Positions 46,467-55,800 of a stretch of DNA of 64,000 bases are shown here, in pieces (the stretch's first letter is position 1; every line of letters begins with the position of its first letter). The stretch is from positions 3,291 to 67,290 of IMG/VR virus record IMGVR_UViG_2912865023_000006. One strand, written 5' to 3'. This DNA is from a virus. Made by a program: the position numbers and the translations under genes. The notes beneath the pieces were generated by a model. The model was given only the letters and a program-made list of their open reading frames with translations. It searched no databases and was not told where the DNA came from.

Positions 46467-47174
46467 TTAATCACGCCCCTTCATCACGCGATTGATAATC
46501 ATACCGATTTTATCGAACATGTAGTGATCTTCCGGAAATGCACGAACCAAACGAATTAAGTCCGTATTATCCAACGCGACCATATGAACGGTGCGCACAA
46601 TTGCGTTTTTTGGCTTAAACTTCAGCGGACGATCTGCGGAGTCTTGAACGATGTTTTCGAACTCGTTAAACTCCTCTCTTACATGCGGTAGATAGATCCG
46701 GAAAACTTTAATCGTCGCTTCTACGTCATTAAGCGCCCGATGATGTCCTTCAAGCGAAATATCGTGGCGGTTAACCACGTCCTTAAGGCTCGCAGACAAT
46801 TCCGGCTCAACAAAACGCGCCATAGCTCGCGTACAATAGAACCGTTCGGGCTCGATTCCTCCTCGACTGATAAACGACAGATCGAACGGAGCGTTTTGCG
46901 CAACTACAATCGAGTCGCCAATAAATTCGTTCAGCTTTTCGAGCGCTTCGACTTCAGCCGGCGCACCTTCGAGATCGGCCGCTTTGATGCCGGTCAGCTT
47001 CGTAATGAATTCCGGCAGCTCTCGCCCCTCTTCCAACGCAACCATCGTATGAAAACGATCAATTTCGTTAAAGCCTTCGTCGATCTTAATCGCGCCGATT
47101 TCCGTAATTTGTTCGGACTGATAATCGAGTCCTGTCGTTTCTAAGTCGAGTACAACGTATGTCTTTTTCATCAT
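46467..47174 (-). CDS. DnaQ/PolC-type 3'-5' exonuclease
   Basis: LDLETTG, AQNAPFD, HHRALNDV. Confidence 0.92.
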   Translation of the reverse strand: MMKKTYVVLDLETTGLDYQSEQITEIGAIKIDEGFNEIDRFHTMVALEEGRELPEFITKLTGIKAADLEGAPAEVEALEKLNEFIGDSIVVAQNAPFDLSFISRGGIEPERFYCTRAMARFVEPELSASLKDVVNRHDISLEGHHRALNDVEATIKVFRIYLPHVREEFNEFENIVQDSADRPLKFKPKNAIVRTVHMVALDNTDLIRLVRAFPEDHYMFDKIGMIINRVMKGRD

Positions 47175-49327
47175 TCCGCCTCCTTGTTTTTAAACCATTC
47201 ATCTACCGTAAATCCTTCGCCCCATCTTCGGCTGATTTCAATATCCGTCTTATTCGGCACATCTAGCCGCAATGTATTTAGCATCACCGCCTCGAAATCC
47301 GCTACATCATCACTCGTTAAAGTTTCCGGAGCATAAACGGCAACCTCGTCGTGTACCGAGAAGGCCATCGTCCATCCTTTTCGGCGGCATAATTTCTGTA
47401 GTTCGATCATCGTTAGCTTCGTCTGTATGGCTGCGCTGCCTTGGATAATCGCGTTTGTTGCCTGCCGCATTGCCCGGAACTGCGTAAATCGGTCGCGCGA
47501 CTTAGCTTCCGGAAGCCTACGTTTCCGCCCGTGAATCATCTGTACGAAGCCGTTACGCTTGGCAAACTGCTCGTTCCCATCGATCCACGCTTTTACCTTC
47601 GGATATTTTTCGTAGAACTGTGCGATAAAGTCCTTCGCTTCCTTCTCCGTTATGCCAAGCTGATCGGCAAGTGTTTTCGGGCCCGTTCCGTACATAACCG
47701 CGAGAATTCCTGTTTTCATCATCTTCCGGTACTTAGAACCGTCTCCGCATTCTTCGATTGGCAAGCCGAATAATTCGCTGGCAGCCGTTGAATAAAGATC
47801 GCGCCCTTCACGATAAGCACTTACGAGGACTTCCTCGCCTGTAAAATGTGATAAGAAGCGTGGTTCCTGTTGCGAGAAATCACCGGATAGGATTACTTGA
47901 CCCGGAGGAGAGACGAACAGCTTACGCGCAAAGTACGGCTGATTCTGTAGGTTCGGATTGTTCGAAGAAAAGCGCCCGGTCACGGTGCCCGTTTGATTGA
48001 AGTTCCCGTGAATGCGTCCGTCTGCCTTTACCTGTTGCGGCAAAGCTTCGATATACGTTCCGAGCAGCTTCGTCTTCTCGCGATAAGATAACAAGAGCTT
48101 AATTCCTTCGTGATGTGGCGCCAGTAATTTCAACGTCTTAACGTCAGTCGATTTCTTGAAACCCTTCGGCAAGTAACGGTCGAGCTCTAATTCATCGAAG
48201 AACTTTTCCGATAGTTGCGCCGGCGAATTGAAGTTAATCTCGCCGAAATGCTTACGTAAACCCTCTTCGATGTCAACCAGTTCCGCTTTCAGTTCGGCGC
48301 CCAACGTTTTGGCCTTCTCGATATCCAGTACGAAGCCAGCAGCCTCCATCTCGACCGAAACACTGATCGTCGGATTCTCGACTTGTTCGTAGTATTCGAG
48401 CAGTCCGATTTTTCGTAAGTGCTCGCGTTGGAAATTTCGCAATTTAAGCGTAACGTCACCGTCTTTTGCAGCATAAGCCAGCGCGACTCTTAAATCGGCG
48501 ACCTCGTGAAAGCCGGCCTTACCGAACAACTCATCGTATGTCTGCGAAGGAATGCCGAGATATTTCGTAACGAGATCCTTCAACCGGTAAGACCCACCCG
48601 TAACGCGCTCATTTTCGTTAAGAATATGCATAGCGAACTGCGTATCCCACGCCAAGCCACGCAATGTAACGCCTTCGTGCGATAACATGTGAATATCGAA
48701 TTTTCCGTTATGTGCGATCTTTTTAACGGAAGCATCTTCGTAAATCGGTTTTAGTTTCGCCATCACGTAATCATGCGGCAACTGCGGCGCCTCTGTAACG
48801 TGCTTGGTCGGAATGTAAGCGTGTATGTTCGCCTTGACTGCACTTATCACGTTACCTACAATCCTGTCTTCCCACGTATCAGCGCCCGTCGTCTCTACGT
48901 CAAATACGATTTCTTCTTCGTTACCCAGTAGCGTCAGGAATTCGTTGAAACGTTCGACATCCGTAATCAGCCAGTAATTATCCGGCGTGTTCTCGACCAT
49001 CTGCCGCAAGGTTTCTTCGCGCCGCGCCTCCTGAAGCGTCTTCCATAACCGGAGCGCCTCCGCCTTGCTGAACGCTTTAGGGTTACCGGCCTTGTTAACG
49101 CAGTCAGCCGGATCGCGCGCCAGCTTGCCCGCATCCATGGCCGCCTTGACTTCCGTTACCCTTTTGCGGTCGGCATCCGATAGCTTCATCGCGAATATCT
49201 TGCGCCAGCTTTCCTCGATCGACTCGGCGGTCTTGGCTTTCGCCTTCCGCTTGGCCGTCGCCTCTACTGCGTCCGATTTCGGTGGCGCCGGCTTCAGCGC
49301 GTTCAAGTTTAACCGTAAGCCTTCCAT
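47171..49327 (-). CDS. polA: DNA polymerase family A
   Basis: Exonuclease motifs FDVETTG, HNGKFD, YAAKD; polymerase motifs DFSQQEPR, KTGILAVMYG, VHDEV. Confidence 0.96.
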   Translation of the reverse strand: MEGLRLNLNALKPAPPKSDAVEATAKRKAKAKTAESIEESWRKIFAMKLSDADRKRVTEVKAAMDAGKLARDPADCVNKAGNPKAFSKAEALRLWKTLQEARREETLRQMVENTPDNYWLITDVERFNEFLTLLGNEEEIVFDVETTGADTWEDRIVGNVISAVKANIHAYIPTKHVTEAPQLPHDYVMAKLKPIYEDASVKKIAHNGKFDIHMLSHEGVTLRGLAWDTQFAMHILNENERVTGGSYRLKDLVTKYLGIPSQTYDELFGKAGFHEVADLRVALAYAAKDGDVTLKLRNFQREHLRKIGLLEYYEQVENPTISVSVEMEAAGFVLDIEKAKTLGAELKAELVDIEEGLRKHFGEINFNSPAQLSEKFFDELELDRYLPKGFKKSTDVKTLKLLAPHHEGIKLLLSYREKTKLLGTYIEALPQQVKADGRIHGNFNQTGTVTGRFSSNNPNLQNQPYFARKLFVSPPGQVILSGDFSQQEPRFLSHFTGEEVLVSAYREGRDLYSTAASELFGLPIEECGDGSKYRKMMKTGILAVMYGTGPKTLADQLGITEKEAKDFIAQFYEKYPKVKAWIDGNEQFAKRNGFVQMIHGRKRRLPEAKSRDRFTQFRAMRQATNAIIQGSAAIQTKLTMIELQKLCRRKGWTMAFSVHDEVAVYAPETLTSDDVADFEAVMLNTLRLDVPNKTDIEISRRWGEGFTVDEWFKNKEAE

Positions 49328-49361
49328 CCGTCGTCCTCCTTCCTCGCGAAGTAATTGCGGG

Positions 49362-49547
49362 TTACTTTTCGATTGTATCTGCTACGGTCATAATACCGAA
49401 CGCAATGACAGCGATAGCCGCGATAGGCAACGTTGCCCAAGGCGATTCATTTGCGCCATGACCCGCTGAGAATGCGATTGATATCCCGAGCGCATAAGAT
49501 AGCGCGCGTTCTTTTTTCCGATTCATAAATCGACCGCCTCCGTCCAT
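49362..49547 (-). CDS. Small membrane protein
   Basis: Two hydrophobic segments. Confidence 0.55.
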   Translation of the reverse strand: MDGGGRFMNRKKERALSYALGISIAFSAGHGANESPWATLPIAAIAVIAFGIMTVADTIEK

Positions 49548-49702
49548 CTTCGTTTATAGTCCGCTTCATTCCCCGCATACCATTCCGACCAGCAAGACGG
49601 CCCGCACGCATAAACCTCGAAGAGCGAATCGTAAATTGCGGATCGCCCTTCGTAAAGGTTAGCGTTACATGCGGCGCAGACGGAGGCCGGCTTAGCGGTC
49701 AA
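49523..49702 (-). CDS. Small Cys-rich (Zn-binding-like) protein
   Basis: Start moved to TTG 49702; CAAC...CGPSC. Confidence 0.55.
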   Translation of the reverse strand: MTAKPASVCAACNANLYEGRSAIYDSLFEVYACGPSCWSEWYAGNEADYKRRWTEAVDL

Positions 49703-50969
49703 AGCGCGCCTCGACTGGCGTAATGAGTTCGACTTTAAGAAAATATCCATGCACTGTATCCACGATGGACCCACCAGATGCTTGTTTGAGGACTTCGATA
49801 ATATCCCCGTTTGCCACACGTCCAGCACACTGATTGTCTACTACTCTCGCGATATCACCTTTCTTATACTCGCCAACCTTGCGTCCGATCTTCGCCCACT
49901 TCGCTTCTTCGACTTGCTGGCGTTCGATCTCGGCGACTTCCTCTTCGGATAAAATTTCGAGCTGATCCGGCGTTGCGACTCCGGTCTTGAAACCGTATCC
50001 CGCTCCCGTAATTTTAATTTTATTTCCGCCAGGATATCCGTACGAATCAACTCCGCTTTGAACAACCGTATATATTTTACCGTCATCAAATCCAAGCATA
50101 TTTTTCGACCAACCGCCCGAAAGCAACCGCACTTTAGCGCCTTCCTTAAATTTAGCGCGTGCTACTGCGTCTTTAGCTTCGGAAACTTCTTCGTCAGTGG
50201 CGCGTACAACTTCCGATGCAGCGACGTACCAAACTTCTCCGTCTAAGAGACGTCGCGCTTTAAAATTCGGGTTGTTTCCCGCCTCAATTAACTCGATTAT
50301 GTCATCGGTATCAAACAGGTGGCCGAATTCCTCACGGACCACCTTCGCATAATCACCGACCTTCAGGCGCTCAGGCTTCGGCTCAGCTTCTGCGGTTACG
50401 GCGCTTACTTTGCGGTAGAATACGAAGTCACGGTTACTAGCGTCATACTCGTCTCCATCATCGTCAGTGATCCAAGGATCTCTATAACTATCGAATCGAA
50501 CAATTTCGTAATATTCCTCATCGGTTAAGTAGTCCGGAGGATCATCGAACTTAACGTAATCGCCCACATTCGCCTCATCTGCGTCAATCCGTACGTACCC
50601 CGCTTCACCCTTCAACTTAGCCACGTCGGATTTTAACGATTCGATTTCGCCTTCCGCGGAGCTGACGCGTTCTTCTAAGGACGGATCGGTGCTAGCGGAT
50701 ACTTTGCAGAAGAGTACGTAATCGTCGTCATCTCTAAACCGCTCATCATCCACGTCGTCCAAGAATCTAACGTCGTCCGCATGGTCGGCATCCTCCGTAA
50801 TTTTGTAGAAAGCGCCATAGGTAATGTCGTAACCGCCTTTGTCGGCCAGTACCAAATCGCCCATCTTCGGTAAACCTTCCGCCTTCACATATTCCGCACC
50901 GCCATACGAAACCTTCGTAATTTCACCGTTCACCATATCGAGTGTCTTAACGCCGTTTAATTTCGCCAT
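49692..50969 (-). CDS. Hypothetical multidomain protein
   Basis: 425 aa with repeated GDYV/GDYA SH3-like modules. Confidence 0.75.
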   Translation of the reverse strand: MAKLNGVKTLDMVNGEITKVSYGGAEYVKAEGLPKMGDLVLADKGGYDITYGAFYKITEDADHADDVRFLDDVDDERFRDDDDYVLFCKVSASTDPSLEERVSSAEGEIESLKSDVAKLKGEAGYVRIDADEANVGDYVKFDDPPDYLTDEEYYEIVRFDSYRDPWITDDDGDEYDASNRDFVFYRKVSAVTAEAEPKPERLKVGDYAKVVREEFGHLFDTDDIIELIEAGNNPNFKARRLLDGEVWYVAASEVVRATDEEVSEAKDAVARAKFKEGAKVRLLSGGWSKNMLGFDDGKIYTVVQSGVDSYGYPGGNKIKITGAGYGFKTGVATPDQLEILSEEEVAEIERQQVEEAKWAKIGRKVGEYKKGDIARVVDNQCAGRVANGDIIEVLKQASGGSIVDTVHGYFLKVELITPVEARFDR

Positions 50970-51404
50970 TTATACCGCCTCCGATTCGTTAATTTTCGTA
51001 AGATCTACGTCTTCACGTCGAAAGTTCAAATCCATCCGTACCCACCGCTTGCCGTCCTTCGACTGCGGCCCCCAATACTCGGTAAGCTCGCGATTCTCGA
51101 ACATCCACACGGTAGGTACCGGACCACGGCCGATAAGCACGCCGATAAAGTAATCGACTTCATCGAGCTTATATGGTGTCCGGTCGCTTTTCCGCGCCTG
51201 AACGATGAGGCTGCCGCGCTTCTTTCGATCATAAATCGTCTTCACCTGAAACGTTTTCCACTCGCCACTCAACGGACACTTTGCGCTAATATCGAACGCT
51301 TCTTCCGTTTCGGACGTACTGACCGCCTGCCAGCCGCTAGCCAGCAGCGCAGCACGGGCGATCAGTTCCGAATACTTGCCGGTATCTTCTGCTTTATGCG
51401 CCAT
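50970..51404 (-). CDS. PD-(D/E)XK endonuclease-like protein
   Basis: GKYSELIA...FDISA...FQVKT; start moved to MAHKAED behind AAAAGGAGG. Confidence 0.7.
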   Translation of the reverse strand: MAHKAEDTGKYSELIARAALLASGWQAVSTSETEEAFDISAKCPLSGEWKTFQVKTIYDRKKRGSLIVQARKSDRTPYKLDEVDYFIGVLIGRGPVPTVWMFENRELTEYWGPQSKDGKRWVRMDLNFRREDVDLTKINESEAV

Positions 51405-51438
51405 ATAAGCGCCTCCTTTTCGTTTGGTTGGTACGTGA

Positions 51439-52194
51439 TTAGAACGGTAATTCTTCGGAAGTAGGTTCGTTAGAGTCTGTCGCACTGCCGCCCTCTAACG
51501 GAGGCAATACAGATTTCTTAACACCGTCTTTCGCTTCGTGTAGCAGCTTAACAATGTCGCTTTCTTCACGAAAGTTTGCGAGCTCTTCGTACTTGTAATC
51601 GATGCCGATAAATGCTTTTGCTTCTTCAATGACTTCGTCAGGGAGATCACCCGTTTCCAACGAGTACGTTTTATCTGCCTGTTTAAAGTGAACCGCCTGA
51701 CCTACGAGTGTGTAATCCGGAAGGATCTTCTTCGCAGGTTTCTCGGCCTTGTCATAGTCGTCGATTAAATTGTTCGCGTGGAACTCAGCGATATCAATTA
51801 CGCGATAGGTTTTATATTTCGGATCGTAGACCGGAATCATAAAAAACATCTTACGTTGCGCACCGGCTTTGCACGAAATGCATTCAGCCTTACCTGGACG
51901 GAAATACTGCTGTAATTCTTCCGTACCTACTTTATCGTGTGGAGAGTGCAGGCATGTGTGTTTGCGGAATTTGTGATCATAACCTTTCCCCGTGTATTCT
52001 TTATTTTCGTGAACAAAGTAGATGTACCAATCGTCAGGCTGCGCGAGAATGACTAAGTTGCGTCCGTCTTTGTTGATTTCTCCATAGCTTCCAACGCGAA
52101 CATATCGCGTAACACCTTCCGGGAATTCACTTTCGCCACTTGACGCTTTATCCCGTTCCTCTTCACGTTTCTTTAAGATATCTCGAATGCTCAT
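51439..52194 (-). CDS. Single-stranded DNA-binding protein (T4 gp32-like)
   Basis: YFVHE...KHTCLHS...CISC, acidic C-terminus ending ELPF; start moved to MSIRDIL. Confidence 0.7.
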   Translation of the reverse strand: MSIRDILKKREEERDKASSGESEFPEGVTRYVRVGSYGEINKDGRNLVILAQPDDWYIYFVHENKEYTGKGYDHKFRKHTCLHSPHDKVGTEELQQYFRPGKAECISCKAGAQRKMFFMIPVYDPKYKTYRVIDIAEFHANNLIDDYDKAEKPAKKILPDYTLVGQAVHFKQADKTYSLETGDLPDEVIEEAKAFIGIDYKYEELANFREESDIVKLLHEAKDGVKKSVLPPLEGGSATDSNEPTSEELPF

Positions 52195-52431
52195 TCGTTT
52201 TCCCCCTACGTTTTTATTAAGGCTTTTCGCCCTCGCAAAATGCCGGTATCTGCGCCCGAAACGCCGCCAGCGCTTGGCAGTAGCGACGCGACACGGATTA
52301 CCTAACGGCCGCCCCGACATTCTCCGAGGACGCGACGCGCCTATCATGCGTCGTCTTCGCCAATTTGCGTCCACATGCCGAAAAGTATTAATCCGATGAT
52401 GACGGCGGCAATCGGTCCCACCCACGAAAGA

Positions 52432-52950
52432 TCAGACATACGCCGCAACTCCTTTCGCCGCTTTTGTAAGCCTGCGTTTTAATTCGAAGGATTCGGCGGG
52501 TAATTCGTCAATCCGCATCTGAACCGCATTGATTCGCGCTTGGTACGCCATCTTCTTCGCTTTTGAACGCGTTCGTTTAAGCTCGGCCGTCAGGTGCGCT
52601 ATTTCTTCGTGAAGTTCCGCGGCATAATTTTCGTTATTTTGAACCGCAGCCTCTACGCTTTGTTTCATCGTGTAATACGCTTCGTTGATAAATCGGATCG
52701 CCGTATTCTTTTCGGGAGGATGAACGGTCAGTACATGATCGCTATTCAGCGCGAAGAGTATAATGACTCCTTTTCCGCCGTACATTCGCGCTTCCTTACC
52801 GTTAGAATCTACGGTGATCCCGAGATACTTTACGTGCTGAAGCTTTTGCGCAATCCATTTACGCGCTACGTGTAAATTCGTAATATTGTAACGTTCCTTC
52901 AGGCGCTTGCGTGCGTGGTGCGAAAACTTGACCTGACCGGCGGTAATCAT
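52432..52950 (-). CDS. Hypothetical protein
   Basis: N-terminal FSHHARKRLKER domain plus coiled coil. Confidence 0.7.
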   Translation of the reverse strand: MITAGQVKFSHHARKRLKERYNITNLHVARKWIAQKLQHVKYLGITVDSNGKEARMYGGKGVIILFALNSDHVLTVHPPEKNTAIRFINEAYYTMKQSVEAAVQNNENYAAELHEEIAHLTAELKRTRSKAKKMAYQARINAVQMRIDELPAESFELKRRLTKAAKGVAAYV

Positions 52951-53108
52951 CCGACGCGCACCGCCTTAATCGATGTAGCCGGGAAATAGTCGGCCGGATC
53001 TTCGTCGTGCGGCCATGCGCCTTGGTAAATGAAATCGGTTAGTTTGCGCTCATCTAGCGCTAAAAGCGTTTGAGATTCGTTAAATGTGGGTAAATTCGAT
53101 GTATGCAT
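52947..53108 (-). CDS. Hypothetical 53-aa protein
   Basis: GGAGG RBS; MHTSNLPTF...KAVRVG; coupled to the next gene. Confidence 0.6.
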   Translation of the reverse strand: MHTSNLPTFNESQTLLALDERKLTDFIYQGAWPHDEDPADYFPATSIKAVRVG

Positions 53109-53244
53109 AGTACGTTAGCCTCCGTTTTAATTGAGATTATCGCACTAGGCCGAGGACATGTTCGCATAATTGTTCTCTTGAATTCGTTGACAATATGCAA
53201 TACAATGAGGACGTAGCGAAAGTCCTTCGGGCCTAGCTGCGTAG

Positions 53245-53853
53245 TTATTGCGCGATCAAGTAGTCTCGGTAATCGCCGAACTGTTTGGTATCGAAATTGC
53301 GTGAGAGCTTTTCGAGTTTGCGTATGACTGTTGAGTGATGTAGACCCAACTTTTTTCCGATTGCCGTCGGAGTTGGCTTCTCACTCGAAAGATATGCTTC
53401 GGCGATTTGTATTGTCGTTGCGTCAGATGTAGTACCTAATAGGAAGTTGATCAGTTGCCGCTGGTCAACTTCTTTTTTTGTTGTCAAAAGTTCTTCCGGG
53501 GTTATCGTGCAGGGGACCTCGAATGTTGCCGCATCCTTATGGTCTCCTTTTGGTATAATTTCTCTTTTGTTTCTGTTTACCCGCCCCCTTAAAAAATAAC
53601 GCCTCTGTAACGGAACACTTGCATTAAATAACCTTTCAAAATCATGCTCTCCGTTGTACGACTCAATGCAAGAAAGTAAGGTATCTTCATAAATCGCTCT
53701 TGCCTCATAATAATCTGCACCAATTGATTTACCGATTGTTTTGAACTTTCGGTCATTTCTTGTTATGAAGTAATCGTAAACCATCCTAAAAGCAGATTCA
53801 CTTCTACTTTCTTGGTACTTTAATACTTCGCTATTCAATTGTTCTTTTCTCAA
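53245..53853 (-). CDS. Phage sigma-70-family / sigma-like factor
   Basis: Region 2-like AFRMVY...EARAIYEDTLLSC and C-terminal HTH TPTAIGKKLGLHHSTVIRKL; GGGAGG RBS. Confidence 0.75.
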   Translation of the reverse strand: MRKEQLNSEVLKYQESRSESAFRMVYDYFITRNDRKFKTIGKSIGADYYEARAIYEDTLLSCIESYNGEHDFERLFNASVPLQRRYFLRGRVNRNKREIIPKGDHKDAATFEVPCTITPEELLTTKKEVDQRQLINFLLGTTSDATTIQIAEAYLSSEKPTPTAIGKKLGLHHSTVIRKLEKLSRNFDTKQFGDYRDYLIAQ

Positions 53854-54052
53854 TTTTACGTCCTCCCTTTTGCTTACATACGACTATATGCACCTGCTTA
53901 CACAACCGCGCATTTTTTTGTTTGTTTTTTCTCTATGTGTAAATAATACCAAGTATTTTCTGCAATTATCTGAAAACGACACCCTATTTATATAAAAATA
54001 AGTAGCGCGGATACGACCTGAGTATCGTGTTTCGTAGAAGCTTTAGAAAATT

Positions 54053-54083
54053 AAAAAACCCCACAACGTAATGTTGTGGGGTT
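54053..54083 (-). terminator. Intrinsic terminator downstream of aimP
   Basis: AACCCCACAAC-attac-GTTGTGGGGTT then TTTT. Confidence 0.88.
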
Positions 54084-54092
54084 AATAAAAAA

Positions 54093-54224
54093 TTAAGCGC
54101 CAACCCGAATGTCGGCTACCTTATATCCTCCTTCGGTGCTAGCTTGATTCTGTTTATCATATTTAAATGCAAATCCTGCTGCCGCCATCACTACGATTAA
54201 AGTGGCTAATAATATCTTTTTCAA
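54093..54224 (-). CDS. aimP: Arbitrium peptide precursor (43 aa), predicted mature peptide DIRVGA
   Basis: AAAGGAGAGG RBS, TTG start; MKKILLATLIVVMAAAGFAF signal peptide, ends VA-DIRVGA; directly after aimR. Confidence 0.9.
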   Translation of the reverse strand: MKKILLATLIVVMAAAGFAFKYDKQNQASTEGGYKVADIRVGA

Positions 54225-55389
54225 TTAAAACCTCTCCTTTAATTAATTTTTTGAATTTTAGGAATGGTCTAAGCGCTCGTGAGTCAGCTCCTGCTTTCTC
54301 AAGCTCTTTCGCTACTAACCTTGCAAAAAAGAAGTTTTCTTGACAGAAAAAAGACTCTAGGCAATTATACATTACATCTATTGACTTTTCCGCTGTGTTT
54401 TCGAAAAATATTATAAAATTGTCTTTATCGCCCCTCTCTAATATCGTATGTAACTTCGCTAAAGAAATTTTCCCGTTTCTCGCTTTCTGATATGCTCTCA
54501 GCCTGAAGTTAGAATCTTCATCAAGCTCAACGCCGTGAAAGACTTTAGCGAAATCTAAATTGAATTTTGCCTCTTGGATATACTGCAAATCGCCCACTTC
54601 ACGCATTAACTCGTAGCTTTTCCGGAGGTTATACAAACAGACATTTTTATCATCCGGTAAGTACGACATCCCTATAACATAATATGCATCAGATTTCTTT
54701 TTCGCGGATATATTTGCATTAATAATGGATTCAGCAAAATCCCGAGCAGATTTTACATCATTAAGTTGCAAACTAATAGGCGCCAATAATTCACAGACCC
54801 TGAACGTTAAGCATTCTTTATAAAAGGTTTCTCGCGGCCCTAGGTTTGTTATATCCTTCTGGATTTCCGAGACTTCATTTATTATTTTTTGTATGTCACC
54901 TTCAAAATAGTTGTTATACTGTCGAATGATATTCATTAAGATCAAAAGTGGTTTACTTGTTATATTGTGGAGTCTTCCTATTGCATCCTTCAGTTCAAAA
55001 CCGCTCAACGTTCCTACCATATAGTTATAAACAATGCGGTACACTTCCACCGTCTGTTTAAGAACTCCGTCAGTATTTTGGTGAAGTAGTAATAATCTTT
55101 TTAAAAGGGGAGCGTTTGTAGTAATTGCGGAGTATTCAAATGCATTTTTTATTGTTTCTGTCCGTATGATATGCAAACACCATTCTGACAAAATTTCATG
55201 ACTTCCCTTTCCTGTTTCTCTTGAAATCAGTTGAGCGAATTTAATAAGTTTCTTGAAACTTATTTTGCCTTTCTTGAAAAAATCCCTATATGCACTTTCA
55301 CTCATTCCAACAAACTCCATAACATCCGTCTTTTTTATGTCATCGTGGTCTTCAATAAAATCATGCACCATTTTTGTGATGTATTCCAA
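54163..55389 (-). CDS. aimR: Arbitrium receptor AimR
   Basis: 408 aa, N-terminal HTH then TPR-like helices; AFEYSA, YVIGMSYL, AKFNLDFAK; followed by a peptide gene. Confidence 0.9.
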   Translation of the reverse strand: MEYITKMVHDFIEDHDDIKKTDVMEFVGMSESAYRDFFKKGKISFKKLIKFAQLISRETGKGSHEILSEWCLHIIRTETIKNAFEYSAITTNAPLLKRLLLLHQNTDGVLKQTVEVYRIVYNYMVGTLSGFELKDAIGRLHNITSKPLLILMNIIRQYNNYFEGDIQKIINEVSEIQKDITNLGPRETFYKECLTFRVCELLAPISLQLNDVKSARDFAESIINANISAKKKSDAYYVIGMSYLPDDKNVCLYNLRKSYELMREVGDLQYIQEAKFNLDFAKVFHGVELDEDSNFRLRAYQKARNGKISLAKLHTILERGDKDNFIIFFENTAEKSIDVMYNCLESFFCQENFFFARLVAKELEKAGADSRALRPFLKFKKLIKGEVLIEKDIISHFNRSDGGSRICI

Positions 55390-55447
55390 GTGAGCCTACC
55401 TCCTTGATTATCTATTTAAATTCGATCAGCAACTTTTAACTAACTCA

Positions 55448-55477
55448 ATTATAATTATTGCATTATCGATATGTCAA
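55448..55477 (-). promoter_or_regulatory. sigmaA promoter of aimR
   Basis: TTGACA-18-TATAAT. Confidence 0.7.
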
Positions 55478-55538
55478 TAATAATTTTCGGTAGTTTTTGT
55501 TAAAGCGATAATATAAAATATACTGGACACCTTTACGA

Positions 55539-55784
55539 ATGGAGGTGTTTATTACGTTTAAGGTCGGCAAATGTCGGATACCCGAACTATGCAAGAAACG
55601 CGGAATCAGTCTCAGTCAACTCGCAGCAATGGTCGGAGTATCAAAAACGCAAATGTCCGATTACGTCAGCCTTCGGAACCTGCCGAGCATCGAACGAACC
55701 TACAATATCGCAATGATGCTCGGTTGCGCGCCCGAAGATCTGTACGAATGGATTGAGGTATCCGACAGCAACACGGAGGGTTAA
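55539..55784 (+). CDS. Xre-family HTH regulator, divergent from aimR (start possibly ATT 55551)
   Basis: GISLSQLAAMVGVSKTQMSDYV...LPSIERTYNIAMMLGC. Confidence 0.9.
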   Translation: MEVFITFKVGKCRIPELCKKRGISLSQLAAMVGVSKTQMSDYVSLRNLPSIERTYNIAMMLGCAPEDLYEWIEVSDSNTEG

Positions 55785-55800
55785 TACAACCTCCGCCGAC

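Noticed and set aside
51439-52425. Long N-terminal extensions given by the ORF track (SSB; also TerS, dUTPase, 50970 ORF, 61795 ORF)
   Set aside because: Internal ATGs have clear RBSs, and the extensions translate regulatory or neighbouring DNA.
53854-54092. An SPbeta-type AimR operator (6-bp inverted repeat with 25-bp spacer) or an aimX ORF
   Set aside because: I could not find a convincing match by eye; only a direct GGTCGT repeat and an ATGCGC-N14-GTGCAT imperfect inverted repeat.
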